Source of the DNA: an uncultured bacterium
Lineage (GTDB): Bacteria; CSSED10-310; CAZUFC01
Assembly: GCA_964619725.1 (NCBI GenBank)
Contig: CAZUFC010000023.1
Coordinates: 1-64,000, forward strand
Reading direction: 5' to 3'
DNA length: 64,000 nt
Shown here: positions 47,150-55,971 of the stretch, one piece after another
Layout: every line of letters starts with the position of its first letter
How positions within the stretch are numbered: the first letter of the stretch is position 1
Position numbers and translations under genes: made by a program
Notes under the pieces: model-generated
The model's input: only the letters and a program-made list of their open reading frames with translations
Told to the model about the DNA's origin: nothing
The model's database searches: none

Positions 47150-49345
47150 ATGATTTCGAAGACATTTTCAATAGATCGGACCCGATTTTTTCCCGTAATG
47201 ACCGGGCGTGACAAAAAAGTCTTATTTTTGATCCTGGCGTTTGCGGCTGCGGTAAGGATTGCGTATCTGTATGAGATCGAAGACAATCCCTACTTTTATC
47301 ATCCCATTGTGGACTGCAAAACGTATGACGAACAGGCGAGAGAGATTATTAATGAGGGAATGATAAGGGACAAGGTTTTCTGGCAGGCTCCTTTGTATCC
47401 CTATTTCTTGTCCGCTATTTACTCCATATTCGGCCGTCGGCTTCTGATGGTTCGTGTGGTGCAATTTTTGACGGGCGTGGCAGCCTGCGCACTTATGTTT
47501 GCGGCAACAGGCTTATTTTCCAGGAAACTTTCCCCGTATGCCGCATCTGTTTTCGCTTTTTACGGTCCCGTCATTTTCTTCGAAGGAGAACTCCTGGCCC
47601 CGGTGATCATCATACCTTTGTATCTTCTCCTGATCATATCGGCTCATCGTACGTTGACATTACAACAACAAAGGTCGGCTTTTTTCACCGGATTCCTCCT
47701 GGGGACGGCCGTTATAGCTCACGGCCCTGCAGCAATGATTTTTCCTCTGCTTCTGCTTTATTTCCTGAAAAGGCATGCAACCATATCGAAAAAGCTGATG
47801 AAAAGAACGGGCGCTTTTTTTTCTCTGGGATTCTCCTGCCTTCCCTTACTGGTTATGGCGCACAATGCTGCAGTCGGCGGAGAGCTGGTTTTCATTTCTT
47901 CAAACGCCGGCATTAATTTCTATATCGGAAATCATCCCGACTACGATTCGACTATAGGAATTCGTCCCGGCATGAAATGGCAGGCGCTCGGCCAGGAACC
48001 TCAGAAAAAAAACATAAAAAAACCGGGCGCTCAATCACGGTATTTTTTTAACAAAGCATTGAGGAATATAAAAACCGACCTGTCTGGATGGATTACCTTG
48101 ATTTTAAGAAAATCCTATTTGTTTTTCAACGGTGACGAGATTCTCAGAAATCAGGATATCTATCCTTTCAGGCAATACTCAAGGGTATTGAAAATCCTGC
48201 TTTGGAAACGATGGGGACTGGCTTTTCCGTTCGGACTGCTGGCCGGTCCGGCCCTGGCAGGTATCGCTATCACCCTCAAAAACAGAAAATTTGACCTGAC
48301 CTTGCTGATCTTCACCGGACATTTCATTGGAACCATTCTCTTTTTTATTTGCTCTCGATATCGTCTGCCCGTAATTCCCGTTATGATCATTTACGCTTGC
48401 GTCTGGGGCCGGCGCCTGATAACCGCTCTGCGTTCCGGAAAGCTCATGAAATCTGCTGCTCTCTTCATTCCAGTAACGCTTCTGATTCTGATCTTCAATC
48501 GCGGGGTCGGACCTATGTCCAGTGAATACACGGCCGATTCTTATTTCAACCTGGCTAATGTCCGCCTGGATCAAAACAGAATAGAGGAAGCTGCCGAGCT
48601 GTTCCGGAAAGCTCTGGAACTGGACCCTGAATATGTCGAAGCATACAACAATCTGGGAATTATCTACGATCAGGAATACAGCGATTATGACAAAGCCGTC
48701 GAATATTATAATGAGGTTTTAAAACGTTATCCGGAGGACCTGCATGCCCATATGAATTTGGGGACTGCCTATTATCGCCTTAATCGTGAGAACGAGGCCG
48801 TCAAAGAATATAAAAAAGCGCTGGAGATCAGTCCCAACAATCCGGATGCGCTTCATAACCTCGCCTATGTTTTGAAAAACTCAAAAGATAGAACCGGTAA
48901 AGCCGGAGAAACCCCTCCCGGATCAATTGGGACGCCTTTTGCTGAAGACAACCTATTAAAAGAATCTCTTTTGCAGGAGGCTGAAACGTTGAGAACATCA
49001 GGGCGAATCCGGGAAGCGGTCAAAGTTTATCGCAGGATTCTGGAGATCGATCCTGAAGCGCATGTCGCACGTCACAACCTGGGAGTGCTGCTTTACCGGT
49101 TGAAGAATTACGATGAAGCGCAAGAACAGTTAAGACGGGTCATCGAAAAGGACCCTGGATTCATCGATGCTTATAACAGCCTGGGCGTCGTCTTCGCCGC
49201 ACGCGAAAATTATAATGAAGCCCGGAAACTCTGGGATAAGGCGCTGGAATTGAATCCAGGATATGAGAAAGCCGCCGATAATCTGAAACAAATGGACGAA
49301 ATGATGAGAGAGGAATTGAACGATAAAAAACGGCCAGGCGAATAA
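47150..49345 (+). CDS. GT-C (GT39/PMT-like) membrane glycosyltransferase with TPR array
   Basis: D...Y...A, PLYPYFLS, FEGELL, GINFYIGN, RYRLP, followed by about 8 TPRs. Confidence 0.8.
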   Translation: MISKTFSIDRTRFFPVMTGRDKKVLFLILAFAAAVRIAYLYEIEDNPYFYHPIVDCKTYDEQAREIINEGMIRDKVFWQAPLYPYFLSAIYSIFGRRLLMVRVVQFLTGVAACALMFAATGLFSRKLSPYAASVFAFYGPVIFFEGELLAPVIIIPLYLLLIISAHRTLTLQQQRSAFFTGFLLGTAVIAHGPAAMIFPLLLLYFLKRHATISKKLMKRTGAFFSLGFSCLPLLVMAHNAAVGGELVFISSNAGINFYIGNHPDYDSTIGIRPGMKWQALGQEPQKKNIKKPGAQSRYFFNKALRNIKTDLSGWITLILRKSYLFFNGDEILRNQDIYPFRQYSRVLKILLWKRWGLAFPFGLLAGPALAGIAITLKNRKFDLTLLIFTGHFIGTILFFICSRYRLPVIPVMIIYACVWGRRLITALRSGKLMKSAALFIPVTLLILIFNRGVGPMSSEYTADSYFNLANVRLDQNRIEEAAELFRKALELDPEYVEAYNNLGIIYDQEYSDYDKAVEYYNEVLKRYPEDLHAHMNLGTAYYRLNRENEAVKEYKKALEISPNNPDALHNLAYVLKNSKDRTGKAGETPPGSIGTPFAEDNLLKESLLQEAETLRTSGRIREAVKVYRRILEIDPEAHVARHNLGVLLYRLKNYDEAQEQLRRVIEKDPGFIDAYNSLGVVFAARENYNEARKLWDKALELNPGYEKAADNLKQMDEMMREELNDKKRPGE

Positions 49346-49390
49346 ATACGAAAAACGATCCGCTTTGATCGTAAGGAAAGGAGAATTAAA

Positions 49391-49837
49391 ATGAAAGCTG
49401 AGTTGAAACACATCGAAGGAGTCACCTGGATGGCTAAATCTGAATCGAATCACTGGCTCATTATGGACGGGCCGGTTGAATTCGGAGGACATGAAGCCGG
49501 CGTCAGACCGATGGAGGCTTTGCTCATGGGAGCTGCGGGTTGTATCGGAAGCGATGTCGCGTCAATCCTGAAAAAGAAAAGGGCCCCTCTCGACAAGATG
49601 GAAATGGAAGTCCATGCGCCCAGGGCAGAGGAGCATCCCAAGGTGTTCAAGGAAATTACATTCCACTTTATCTTTTACGGCGACGGGTTGAAAGAGAAGG
49701 ACCTTGAGCGTTCAATCAGTTTGTCCCGTGAAAGGTATTGCGCTGCGACGGCCATGTTGAGCGCTGCGGTTCCCGTTCAACTGAGTTACAAGGTCATCTC
49801 TGCGGAAGGAGAACAGGAAACGAAAAAGATTTCCTGA
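49391..49837 (+). CDS. OsmC/YhfA family protein
   Basis: MDG...GG...G.RPME.LL.G.AGC, P.VF..I, RYC; AGGAG RBS. Confidence 0.9.
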   Translation: MKAELKHIEGVTWMAKSESNHWLIMDGPVEFGGHEAGVRPMEALLMGAAGCIGSDVASILKKKRAPLDKMEMEVHAPRAEEHPKVFKEITFHFIFYGDGLKEKDLERSISLSRERYCAATAMLSAAVPVQLSYKVISAEGEQETKKIS

Positions 49838-49854
49838 ATGACTGCCGGAGCAGT

Positions 49855-50718
49855 TTACCGAAGTTCCTTTTTCAATTCTTGTAACGCTTCATCCGAATCG
49901 TCATAGAATTTCATCACGCGGTCCAGCGAAACAGAAGTGAGGATATCGCGAACCGGGGGTTGAATGGCTGCAGGAGCCAATCGTCCCTGTTTTTCACGGA
50001 TGATACGGAAAATTTTCATCAGCGCGCCGATGAATGCGCTTGAAACATAAGTCACTTCCTGCATGTCGATGACCAATCCCTTATGTTTTTCAGCCGTTTC
50101 TACCAGAATATCGCGAACGGGGTCCAGAGTTTCATGGGTGATCCGCTGTTCATATAATTTAACCACAGCAACCGGCGGATCGCTTTTCACCTGAGCAGGC
50201 CCCGGGGAAGCTTTTTCAACGGTCGGCGCCGTTTTTGCCGCATCAGCCGCTGTATCTTCCGGCGCTTCTTTAGCCCGGGCTTCTTTTTGGAGGACAAGCA
50301 TTACGGCGTTTCCCTCCGGATTGTAAATCAGTCTGTCCATGTAATTGTCCATGAGACGGATTCCCCGACCCTTTTCGGCCAGAAGAGCATCGGTATCGTC
50401 ATACCTTGGAATATCATCATAGGAAAAACCTGCACCTTCATCTTCAATGATGGCTCCCCATTCCCGGTCGTCATGAAATACGACTATGTGAATTTGTTTG
50501 GCAGCATTGAATTTGTTTCCGTGGATCATGGCGTTGGTCAAGGCTTCATCGAATGCCAGCTCGATCCGGGAGTCCTCCGGTTCCGCTATGCAGCCGCTCT
50601 CGTAAAGTTCGTTCATTACTCGAAAAACGATAGGGGTTTTATACGAAATATCCGTCGGGATTCTTAAGTCTAAAATCCTCTTGCCGAAAGGCTCCAGTTT
50701 CTTATCGGAAAATTTCAT
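49855..50718 (-). CDS. RsbW-like HATPase (anti-sigma factor) fused to a STAS (anti-anti-sigma) domain
   Basis: EALTNAMIHGN, IEDEGAGF, GRGIRLM; C-terminal VIDMQEVTYVSSAFIGAL...VRDIL..VSLD. Confidence 0.85.
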   Translation of the reverse strand: MKFSDKKLEPFGKRILDLRIPTDISYKTPIVFRVMNELYESGCIAEPEDSRIELAFDEALTNAMIHGNKFNAAKQIHIVVFHDDREWGAIIEDEGAGFSYDDIPRYDDTDALLAEKGRGIRLMDNYMDRLIYNPEGNAVMLVLQKEARAKEAPEDTAADAAKTAPTVEKASPGPAQVKSDPPVAVVKLYEQRITHETLDPVRDILVETAEKHKGLVIDMQEVTYVSSAFIGALMKIFRIIREKQGRLAPAAIQPPVRDILTSVSLDRVMKFYDDSDEALQELKKELR

Positions 50719-51911
50719 CGCATCATCCCCCTTCTGCTTTGATGTTCGCTGCCGCTTTGCTGATAACCTGATTGCCCTTCACCCGTTCCGGATATCAGAC
50801 CGGCGACCCTTAATTTTTTCAGAAGGTCATCCCGGTCTTCGGCTTTGGACAACGCTTCTTCAGGGTCGATCTCTTTCCTGAGCGCCAGACGAAGCAAAGA
50901 ATCGTTCAAACATATCATGCCATGTTTGGCCCCGATCTGCATCGTGCTTGTTATCTGATAGAGTTTATGCTCCCGTATATTATTCCTTACAGCCTGCGTT
51001 GCAATCAATAATTCGAAAGCAGCGATTCTGCCGCCGCTCCTCTTTTGAAGAAGCGTCTGCGATATCACTCCTCTTAACGATGACGCGACCATGACCCTTA
51101 TCTGTTCCTGTTCGTTTACGGGAAATTGGCTGATCAGGCGATCCACCGTCGAAGACGCTGTCCTGGTGTGAAGAGTCGCAAATACCAGATGTCCGGTTTC
51201 AGCCGTTTCTATCGCGGTCCTCGCCGTTTCCAAATCGCGCATCTCACCCAGCAAAACTACGTCAGGGTCCTCTCGAAAAGCTGCTCTGAGAGCTTCTGCA
51301 AACGCAGACGTGTGCGATCCCACTTCCCTTTGATTAACCAGACACTTTCGACTTTTATGAACAAATTCTATCGGGTCCTCTATCGTTATAATGTGTTCCT
51401 GCCTCGTTCGATTGATCACGTCGATCAATGCCGCTAATGTCGTTGATTTTCCCGATCCCGTCGGCCCGGTCACCAATACCAGGCCGTTCCGATGCCTGCA
51501 GAAATCAAGCGCCCTTTCCGGTATCCCCAGTTCCGCTACAGTTTGAATTACATTCGGAATCAACCGGAATACTCCGTTTACGCCGTGCATGTCCCTGAAA
51601 ATGTTTACTCGAAATCGGGCTGCTTCCGGCAGATCATAGGCAAAATCCGTGTCGCCCTTTCTTTCAAATTCCTTGCGATTCGACGAAGGCATGATCTCAA
51701 ATAACAGCTTTTCCGTTTCCGATGCCGGTAAGGTCTCCTCCTGCATATTCGTTATTATTCCGTTAACGCGCATCTTCGCAGGCAAACCCGCTGACAAATG
51801 AAGATCAGAACCCGACTCACTCTTCAACAATTTTAAATATCCGTCTAATTCAGCCACTGCTTTTACTCCTGAAAAATTTGTCGTTACAGTTAATGTAATT
51901 TCATTCTTCAT
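50715..51911 (-). CDS. pilT: PilT/PilU family type IV pilus retraction ATPase
   Basis: SDLHL, GPTGSGKSTT, TIEDPIE, QREVG, REDPDV.L.GEMRD, GHLVFATLH, AVRNNIRE; start chosen at 51911 (ORF open to 52103). Confidence 0.9.
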   Translation of the reverse strand: MKNEITLTVTTNFSGVKAVAELDGYLKLLKSESGSDLHLSAGLPAKMRVNGIITNMQEETLPASETEKLLFEIMPSSNRKEFERKGDTDFAYDLPEAARFRVNIFRDMHGVNGVFRLIPNVIQTVAELGIPERALDFCRHRNGLVLVTGPTGSGKSTTLAALIDVINRTRQEHIITIEDPIEFVHKSRKCLVNQREVGSHTSAFAEALRAAFREDPDVVLLGEMRDLETARTAIETAETGHLVFATLHTRTASSTVDRLISQFPVNEQEQIRVMVASSLRGVISQTLLQKRSGGRIAAFELLIATQAVRNNIREHKLYQITSTMQIGAKHGMICLNDSLLRLALRKEIDPEEALSKAEDRDDLLKKLRVAGLISGTGEGQSGYQQSGSEHQSRRGMMR

Positions 51912-52372
51912 TGTTGTCAACTCATTACCTGCTGTCCGGCATTGACGCCACTCCACATAAACTCGAATCCAATTACATAATTTCGATGCCGAACACGCGC
52001 AGGCAGGAACCTCACCAAACTCGCAACCTGGCCCTGAGCGACAGGATATCTTTTTATGAAAAATCTGAAACGCAATGTTGATTTCAGTCATTCTATCGAT
52101 CATAATTTACGCAAGCAGGCTGATTGCTGCTAAAAAACGAGCTGATCACAACATACCGGCATTACACGATGGTGTTGTTCAGCATCAAAAACCGCATGAA
52201 GCGTATCAAAGAGACTTTGACTTAAAGGCTCAAACAGGTATTTCAAATTTGATAACGAGTCTTAAAGCGGTTTTCTACTCCCGATGTGGCGAGTCGCATC
52301 TTTTATCTCCGTTTGAAAACCAGCAGGCCTTTTGAAGAGTCTCTTTCGAAAATTGAAGGAAAGAAGGCAAAA

Positions 52373-53494
52373 ATGGAACAAAAATTCCCTTTGGATTTAA
52401 AAACATTGCAAAAGGTTCTGGATTATCTGAATGAGGGCGTGTACATCACTGATCTGAAACGCCGGATAATGCTTTGGAACAAAAAAGCGGAACAAATAAC
52501 AGGCTATTCGCAGGAAGAGGTGGTCGGGCGTCCCTGCAGCGCCTCTATTTTGAGTCATGTCGACAGTGCAGGAAGAAATATGTGCGTTACGCAATACTGC
52601 CCTCTTTACCGGACGATGGTCACTCAGAAGGCGGGCCGCACGCCGGGCGTTTTATATGCCATGACTGCAGACAGGGGGCGCATACCGTTGAGCATATCGG
52701 TAGCTCCGCTGCATGATGAAAAAGGCAACGTGATCGGAGGAATAGAGATTTTTCGCGACGAATCGGAATTTATCAGGGATTTGGAATTCGCTCGCAAGAT
52801 ACAGCAAAGCCTCTTGCCGTCTGAAACTCCGAACGCGGAAGCATGCCTGATCTCCGTGTTTTATTTGAGTCATGATATGGTCGGCGGGGATTTCTATGAA
52901 TTTTTCGATATAGGGCCGGACGAAAAGGGCATATTAATCGCTGACGTCAGAGGACATGGTATCAGCGCTTCACTTTATACGACCGTATTAAAGACTATAT
53001 GCCGCAATTTCCTGGAGTCTGCCTCCAGACCGGCAGACTTTTTGACGAAGGCGAACCATTTTCTGTCAGACATCATTATGGATGAGGTCTTCGCCACTGC
53101 CGTATTCCTGGTTCTCGACGGAAAGCTCAGTCAAATCAGGTATGCTGTGGCCGGCAATCCTCCGCCCTTGAAAATATCTCCTCAAGGCATTGCCGAGCCT
53201 TTGCAGAAAGGCGGAATGCCGTTGGGTTTCCTTAAAAACGAAAAATACAAGGAATTTCAAAGCGCTGTCGAAAAAGACGAAGTCATCTTGCTTTATACGG
53301 ACGGCGCTTCGGAAGTCCCCGGTGAAGACGGCGGATTTTTAGGAGATGATGGTTTGGCGAAAATGGCTGCAGCCGTGGATTGGAATAAAGGAGAGCAGGC
53401 ACTGAAAGACCTGTATGATTCCCTCCTGGAATATTGTACGGACATTCACCTTCCAGATGATATTCTGCTCATTGCATGCCGAAAACAAAAATAA
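52373..53494 (+). CDS. PAS-domain SpoIIE/RsbU-type PP2C phosphatase
   Basis: WNKKAEQITGY...G..C, ARKIQQSLLP, VGGDFY, ADVRGHG, YTDG, DDI. Confidence 0.9.
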   Translation: MEQKFPLDLKTLQKVLDYLNEGVYITDLKRRIMLWNKKAEQITGYSQEEVVGRPCSASILSHVDSAGRNMCVTQYCPLYRTMVTQKAGRTPGVLYAMTADRGRIPLSISVAPLHDEKGNVIGGIEIFRDESEFIRDLEFARKIQQSLLPSETPNAEACLISVFYLSHDMVGGDFYEFFDIGPDEKGILIADVRGHGISASLYTTVLKTICRNFLESASRPADFLTKANHFLSDIIMDEVFATAVFLVLDGKLSQIRYAVAGNPPPLKISPQGIAEPLQKGGMPLGFLKNEKYKEFQSAVEKDEVILLYTDGASEVPGEDGGFLGDDGLAKMAAAVDWNKGEQALKDLYDSLLEYCTDIHLPDDILLIACRKQK

Positions 53495-53518
53495 GTTTAC
53501 TGCGCAGACGGATTCGCC

Positions 53519-54226
53519 TCAGCATCGGTAACTTTCAAGAAACTTTATCCGTTCTCCTTTGGACAGAAAAAGTTTTTCAAACGAAGATTTGTGCCTCGTC
53601 GCCCTGTCTTCGCTGCCGTGCAAGTCCAGAAAAATCTTTGATATTCTGTAAATGTGAGGCAAGCGGAGGAAATTTTGCAGAGTCCAGCAGAAATATTCGT
53701 AATGATCGGTCTTGAATATAACCCGTCCGTGTTGTTTCAGCATGCCTGCCAGAATCCGAAGAAAAGGCAAATCGAAGATGCGGTTCTTGCGATGGCTTCT
53801 TTTCCGCCAGGGATCGGGAAACACAGCGTAGAATCCCGATAACTCCCTTTCAGCAAAAAGCATGGGCAGCCATTGCAGGCTTCCCGATACCAGCCTGACG
53901 TTACGCAATCCTTTTCTGCTTATCCTTTTGGCTGCGCGGTAAATATCCCCGTGACTCCAGTCGAGGCCGATAAAATTCTTTTCGCTTTCAGTCTTCGCCA
54001 GCTTGGCCAGAAATACGCCTGTTCCGCAGCCTGCATCGATAATCAGAGGAGTGTCATCAGGGCTGTTGAAAACTTCCCGGTTCCATTTTTTTTTCAGATT
54101 AAAACAATCAGTACCGAATAATGCCGTATCGGAGTATTCTTTTAATCGTCGAGCATAAGGATTCCGGTCTCGTGAGAGAATGATACGTTCAAGCTGATCT
54201 TCGGGAATATGGCAGCGGGTTTTCAT
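53519..54226 (-). CDS. trmB: tRNA (guanine-N7)-methyltransferase
   Basis: DAGCGTG, NFIGLD, FPDPW.K..H.K.R, FKTD, S.FE. Confidence 0.8.
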   Translation of the reverse strand: MKTRCHIPEDQLERIILSRDRNPYARRLKEYSDTALFGTDCFNLKKKWNREVFNSPDDTPLIIDAGCGTGVFLAKLAKTESEKNFIGLDWSHGDIYRAAKRISRKGLRNVRLVSGSLQWLPMLFAERELSGFYAVFPDPWRKRSHRKNRIFDLPFLRILAGMLKQHGRVIFKTDHYEYFCWTLQNFLRLPHIYRISKIFLDLHGSEDRATRHKSSFEKLFLSKGERIKFLESYRC

Positions 54227-54232
54227 TACCGC

Positions 54233-54276
54233 AAAAAAAATCCGGACTTCACTGCCGTGAAGTCCGGATTTTTTTG
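54233..54276. terminator. Bidirectional rho-independent terminator
   Basis: Perfect hairpin AAAAAAATCCGGACTTCAC-tgcc-GTGAAGTCCGGATTTTTTT. Confidence 0.85.
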
Positions 54277-54280
54277 AATG

Positions 54281-55606
54281 TCATATCTTGTTGAAGGTCT
54301 CGTCGAATTCCAGACCCAGATTCACTAATTCTTCCAGGATGACGTCGTAAATCTCAGGATAAACCGGAATCTTTACGCCTTTGATATCGATTTTGCCTTC
54401 AAGTATCATTCTGACGGCCACGGCTGCGGGCATGCTGACGGTAAGGGCCATGGCCGAATGACCATTAGGATCGCCGTAAGAAATGAGCGTCGAGGTTATT
54501 TTTTCATTGGGCTGATCATTGTATTCCGCAAGAAACTCATGATGAAGAACTATCATGTCTCTTTCGTTTTCGCCGTATTCCAGTTTCTCGGCCAGTAAAA
54601 GCGTCAGCACATCGGCCGCGGTTCCTTTTTCCAGCCCCATTGGTTTGTCGTCGAAGAATCCTAGCCAGTCCAGCCGATAAATGCAGTCGTCTTTCTCATC
54701 GATATGGAGCTTGGCGGCCAACTGGCTTTTTATGCCTGTTTCAGGCAAGTCCGGATGCAGTTTTCTCAGAAAATCCAAAGGAGACAATCCTGATAAATCA
54801 TGCATATCGTCATCGTTGACGTAACCCAGCTTCGACAATTGCTTCCAGGTGTGACACCAGCCGGGATAACGGAAGGTTCCTCTGAAAATGGAGCGCGTTT
54901 CCCCGATATCATAAAGATCGATGTAGGGTAAAGAATTCCTGTTGGGATAATATTCAAGATATCCGATATCGTTAAATTCGATTTTTCCGGGATTATCGAA
55001 CAGGTTCGCCGGAGGCGCGTCGATGATTTCGCCCTCTTTCATGAATTTTCCCGGATTGCGGACTGCTCTGACCACCGCTTTCGGGCTCCATGAAAATTTA
55101 TAACCCCAGGGTGTCGTTTTAGCGTCAGGCGCCGGCAATCCGCCGCAGTAAGACCAGAAACCGGCCAATTTGCCCCCTTTGGCATGAACATCGTTAATAA
55201 TTTTTTTGGCCGACATGTGATCGATCCCCGGGTCCAATCCGCATTCATTAAGGAAAAGAACGCCGGCTTCTTCAGCTTTGTCGTTCAGGGCATTCATTTC
55301 GTCGCTTACGTATGATGTCGTAACCAGATGTTTTTTAAATTGAAGACAAATCTCGGCAACCTTAAGATGTTCAGTCGCCGGCAGCAAACTTACGACTAAA
55401 TCATTTCCCGATATCTCCTTTTTTAATCCGTCAACGTCGTCCGACAAAAGGCGTCTGGCGGTCCCCCTGGGATTTCCTCCGATCAGCTTTTCCGCCTTGC
55501 TTACGGTTCTCGTCGCCACCGTTACATGGAAATCGGGTTGCTTCATCAGATAGTCGACTATGGGACCGGCGACCATTCCCGCTCCCAATATCAAAACTTT
55601 TTTCAT
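54281..55606 (-). CDS. Saccharopine dehydrogenase (glutamate-forming; Lys9/AASS SDH-domain-like)
   Basis: VLILGAG.V, VSLLP, GLDPGIDH, SYCGGLP, YKFSWSP, YPNRNS, RGTFRY, AMA.TV..P. Confidence 0.92.
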   Translation of the reverse strand: MKKVLILGAGMVAGPIVDYLMKQPDFHVTVATRTVSKAEKLIGGNPRGTARRLLSDDVDGLKKEISGNDLVVSLLPATEHLKVAEICLQFKKHLVTTSYVSDEMNALNDKAEEAGVLFLNECGLDPGIDHMSAKKIINDVHAKGGKLAGFWSYCGGLPAPDAKTTPWGYKFSWSPKAVVRAVRNPGKFMKEGEIIDAPPANLFDNPGKIEFNDIGYLEYYPNRNSLPYIDLYDIGETRSIFRGTFRYPGWCHTWKQLSKLGYVNDDDMHDLSGLSPLDFLRKLHPDLPETGIKSQLAAKLHIDEKDDCIYRLDWLGFFDDKPMGLEKGTAADVLTLLLAEKLEYGENERDMIVLHHEFLAEYNDQPNEKITSTLISYGDPNGHSAMALTVSMPAAVAVRMILEGKIDIKGVKIPVYPEIYDVILEELVNLGLEFDETFNKI

Positions 55607-55759
55607 GGTTTGCACTCTCCTGAGAAAAATTATTAACAACGGAAAGCCGGCGGCTTACCTTTAAGAATTGCGCAACCTAACAGACCACATTCTAAAAGTC
55701 AATTTTTTTTCTGTTCAAAACAGTGAATTTTATTTTGATCCTTTTCCAACGCTTTTTTC

Positions 55760-55908
55760 GGGACTGATCAAACCGGGGTTACACTTCTTCCAAAACTTTT
55801 GACAGTTGTTTCAGTAATCGGAGTCGGGATCGCAATCGCAATTGAAACAAAATGATGAGCAATTCTTCCGATTTGTAACCTCAAAAGAGGCTTTTTTGAT
55901 CAATGCCC
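55760..55908 (-). mobile_element. MITE-like element (family A) with imperfect terminal inverted repeats
   Basis: Ends GGGACTGATCAAACCGGGGTTACA and (reverse complement) GGGCATTGATCAAAAAAGCCTCTTTTGAGGTTACA; homologous to 30511 and 12741. Confidence 0.55.
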
Positions 55909-55971
55909 TTTTTTCAATTGCCGTTAATAGCGATAACTCTCGTCAGTCAATCAGTTATCAATCCTCACCGA

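Noticed and set aside
51912-52103. Cys-rich N-terminal extension of PilT
   Set aside because: Probably a spurious upstream extension across the divergent promoter region; PilT similarity starts near 51850.
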